This document shows, in pieces, positions 60,735 through 62,348 of a DNA stretch of 62,348 nucleotides (within the stretch, counting starts at the first letter, position 1; every line of letters starts with the position of its first letter). This DNA is from Thermoplasmatota archaeon (GTDB lineage: Archaea > Thermoplasmatota > Thermoplasmata > Halarchaeoplasmatales > Halarchaeoplasmataceae), in the NCBI GenBank assembly GCA_018334755.1, contig JAGXLI010000004.1, positions 1 through 62,348 on the forward strand, in the 5' to 3' direction. The notes below the pieces were generated by a model, which had not been told where the DNA came from, did no database searches, and worked only from the letters and a program-made list of their open reading frames with translations. Both the position numbers and the translations under genes were made by a program.

Positions 60735-62348
60735 TTAGAGACCCAGTCCTTCTCTTTTCTTCTCTATATGTTCTTCTATATCGTCCACTACTTCTACTGG
60801 ATCATCGCCTACAGCCAATTTTCCGCCGGTCAGATCTTCGACGTCTTCAGTCAAAAGTTTCACCACGTTCTCGCTTCCGGTGACCGGTGGAGTCGGCGAA
60901 ACGTGTGTATACAACCCATAACCTATAGCCGCCATAGCAGCTATCGTCGCCTTCTGCTCCATGTATTCTGGAGCGGTCACAGCGACCGGAAGTTGTGTAG
61001 GATCGACATCCAATGCATCAGCGACTGTAGAAACAAGATTGAGCAATCGTCCCGTATCTGTGCATGTACCGAAGCTCAGCACCGGTGGAACTTCTAGAGC
61101 TTCACATACGGCCGTGAGACCGTCTCCGGCTTTTTCTATAGCGTCGAGAGAGGTCAAACCTCCGACCTGTAGGCCGGCGTTCCCACAGCCTGCACTTAAA
61201 ACTAAAATGTCTCTCTTTATGAGTTCCTCCGCAACTTCTATCGTCGTCTCGTCTTGAGGACCGTTATCAAGGGTGGTACAGCTCACTAAAGCAACTATAC
61301 CTTTTATATTGCCGTTCTGGATGTGTTCAAGCAGGGGATCCAAAGAACCGCCGAGTGCGTTGACGACCGATTTAGGTGAAAAGCCAGTTACTATTTCCTC
61401 CTTGTTCTCCGGAACGTTTGTCTCCTTACCTTCTCTCTCTTTGAAGTTCTCTATAGCCATATCGATTATCTTTTCTGCCTGTTCCTCTGCCTTCTCCGGC
61501 TTGTAATTAATGTCGTGATCGACTCCCGGTATGTTTACCAATTTGGTTACGGGGATGATCTTCGAGTTGTATTTTTCCGCGTACTCGCCCGCTGTAGGAA
61601 CAGTACAGTTCATGTCAGCTACAAAAGCGTCCACAGCACCCGTTGCGAGAACGTACTCTTCGTTCAGCCAGTTGCCCGTCAAGCCCGCGAAAACATCGTC
61701 GGTTTCGAACCTCTGCATCAGTTCCTGACCGGTTTCAATAGAGCCGATGATCCTGAGTCCTTCCGCGCCCGCTTCCTTAGCTTTTTCCTGGATCTCGTCT
61801 CTTCTGGCAACTTGGATCAACGCCGCACCCATGAACGGTTCGTGACCGTTAGGCAAGATGTTCACATGATCCGGATCTAGAATGCCCATGTCCACTTCGG
61901 CTTCATGAGGTTCTGCCGTGCCGAAAAGGATATCTTGTACTTCCTCGAGAAGGGTTAAAGAGCCGTAAGAAGTAGAAAGACCCATCCTCAATGTCTTCAA
62001 CGCCATACTTTGATAATCGCTGTCAACATTGGTCATGACGCTGGTTTTTACGTCCATCAGTTCGTGGAGCGGACCGCCCGGAATTATACCAAGTTCATCC
62101 CACACTTCCTGACGTGATTCGGGGGCGAATTCTTTCAAAACTTCGGAAGTTTCCTCGCTGTCCCTGTTTATCTCCTCGAGCATGAAGTCGGCTAGTTCTT
62201 CAGCCAGCTCGTATTTTCCCTTCGAGGTGTCCAGTCCGATCCTTTCCGCTATCTGATTCAATTTATCTTCATCCTCTATATCGAATATCGTTTTCCCCTT
62301 GGCAGTAGCTTTCAGAGTTTTAGCGGTCGTGTTAGCGTGATAAGTGTA
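60735..62348 (-). CDS. cooS: CooS-family (Ni-CODH scaffold) protein with non-canonical cluster ligands; 5' truncated by window
   Basis: Frame open to the edge (YTYHANTTAKTLKA..); DILFG, NGHEP, GSIETGQE, DMNC, VSCT, SAGCG, FGTCTD.GR, PEYMEQKA. Confidence 0.88.
   Translation of the reverse strand, partial: YTYHANTTAKTLKATAKGKTIFDIEDEDKLNQIAERIGLDTSKGKYELAEELADFMLEEINRDSEETSEVLKEFAPESRQEVWDELGIIPGGPLHELMDVKTSVMTNVDSDYQSMALKTLRMGLSTSYGSLTLLEEVQDILFGTAEPHEAEVDMGILDPDHVNILPNGHEPFMGAALIQVARRDEIQEKAKEAGAEGLRIIGSIETGQELMQRFETDDVFAGLTGNWLNEEYVLATGAVDAFVADMNCTVPTAGEYAEKYNSKIIPVTKLVNIPGVDHDINYKPEKAEEQAEKIIDMAIENFKEREGKETNVPENKEEIVTGFSPKSVVNALGGSLDPLLEHIQNGNIKGIVALVSCTTLDNGPQDETTIEVAEELIKRDILVLSAGCGNAGLQVGGLTSLDAIEKAGDGLTAVCEALEVPPVLSFGTCTDTGRLLNLVSTVADALDVDPTQLPVAVTAPEYMEQKATIAAMAAIGYGLYTHVSPTPPVTGSENVVKLLTEDVEDLTGGKLAVGDDPVEVVDDIEEHIEKKREGLGL

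Overview
Archaeal chromosomal segment, most consistent with a halophilic, anaerobic member of the Thermoplasmatota. Evidence: a stand-alone 23S rRNA gene with a perfect bulge-helix-bulge (BHB) processing stem, PolD/FEN1/SRP54/Spt5/GINS genes, and very acidic proteins. About 1-37.8 kb is housekeeping: the C-terminal part of a giant AglB-like surface protein, metG, tRNA-Gly(TCC) with an adjacent hairpin-rich duplicated T-arm element, sepF, mvk, htpX, an intein-containing class II RNR, an ArcE/cDPGS-like P-loop enzyme, polC, fen, a KaiC pair, 23S rRNA, trpS, srp54, ftsZ-secE-spt5-rpl11 and GINS/RPA. About 37.8-62.3 kb is an accessory metal/redox region with three parts. (i) ABC exporters. (ii) An extended arsenic-type island (acr3, arsP, two arsR, and DGC, MTH895-type, DUF169-like, DUF5714-like and DUF2703-like proteins). 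It has no arsC/arsM/arsA, but it embeds a divergent lipoate-protein ligase with a one-Cys thioredoxin-fold partner and is bracketed by two CGC-motif metallophosphoesterase paralogs. (iii) Class III RNR and a regulator/4Fe-4S/cupin/hemerythrin/ferredoxin cluster next to a non-canonical (CooS-V-like) CODH. All family calls come from motif recognition by eye; no database searches were run.
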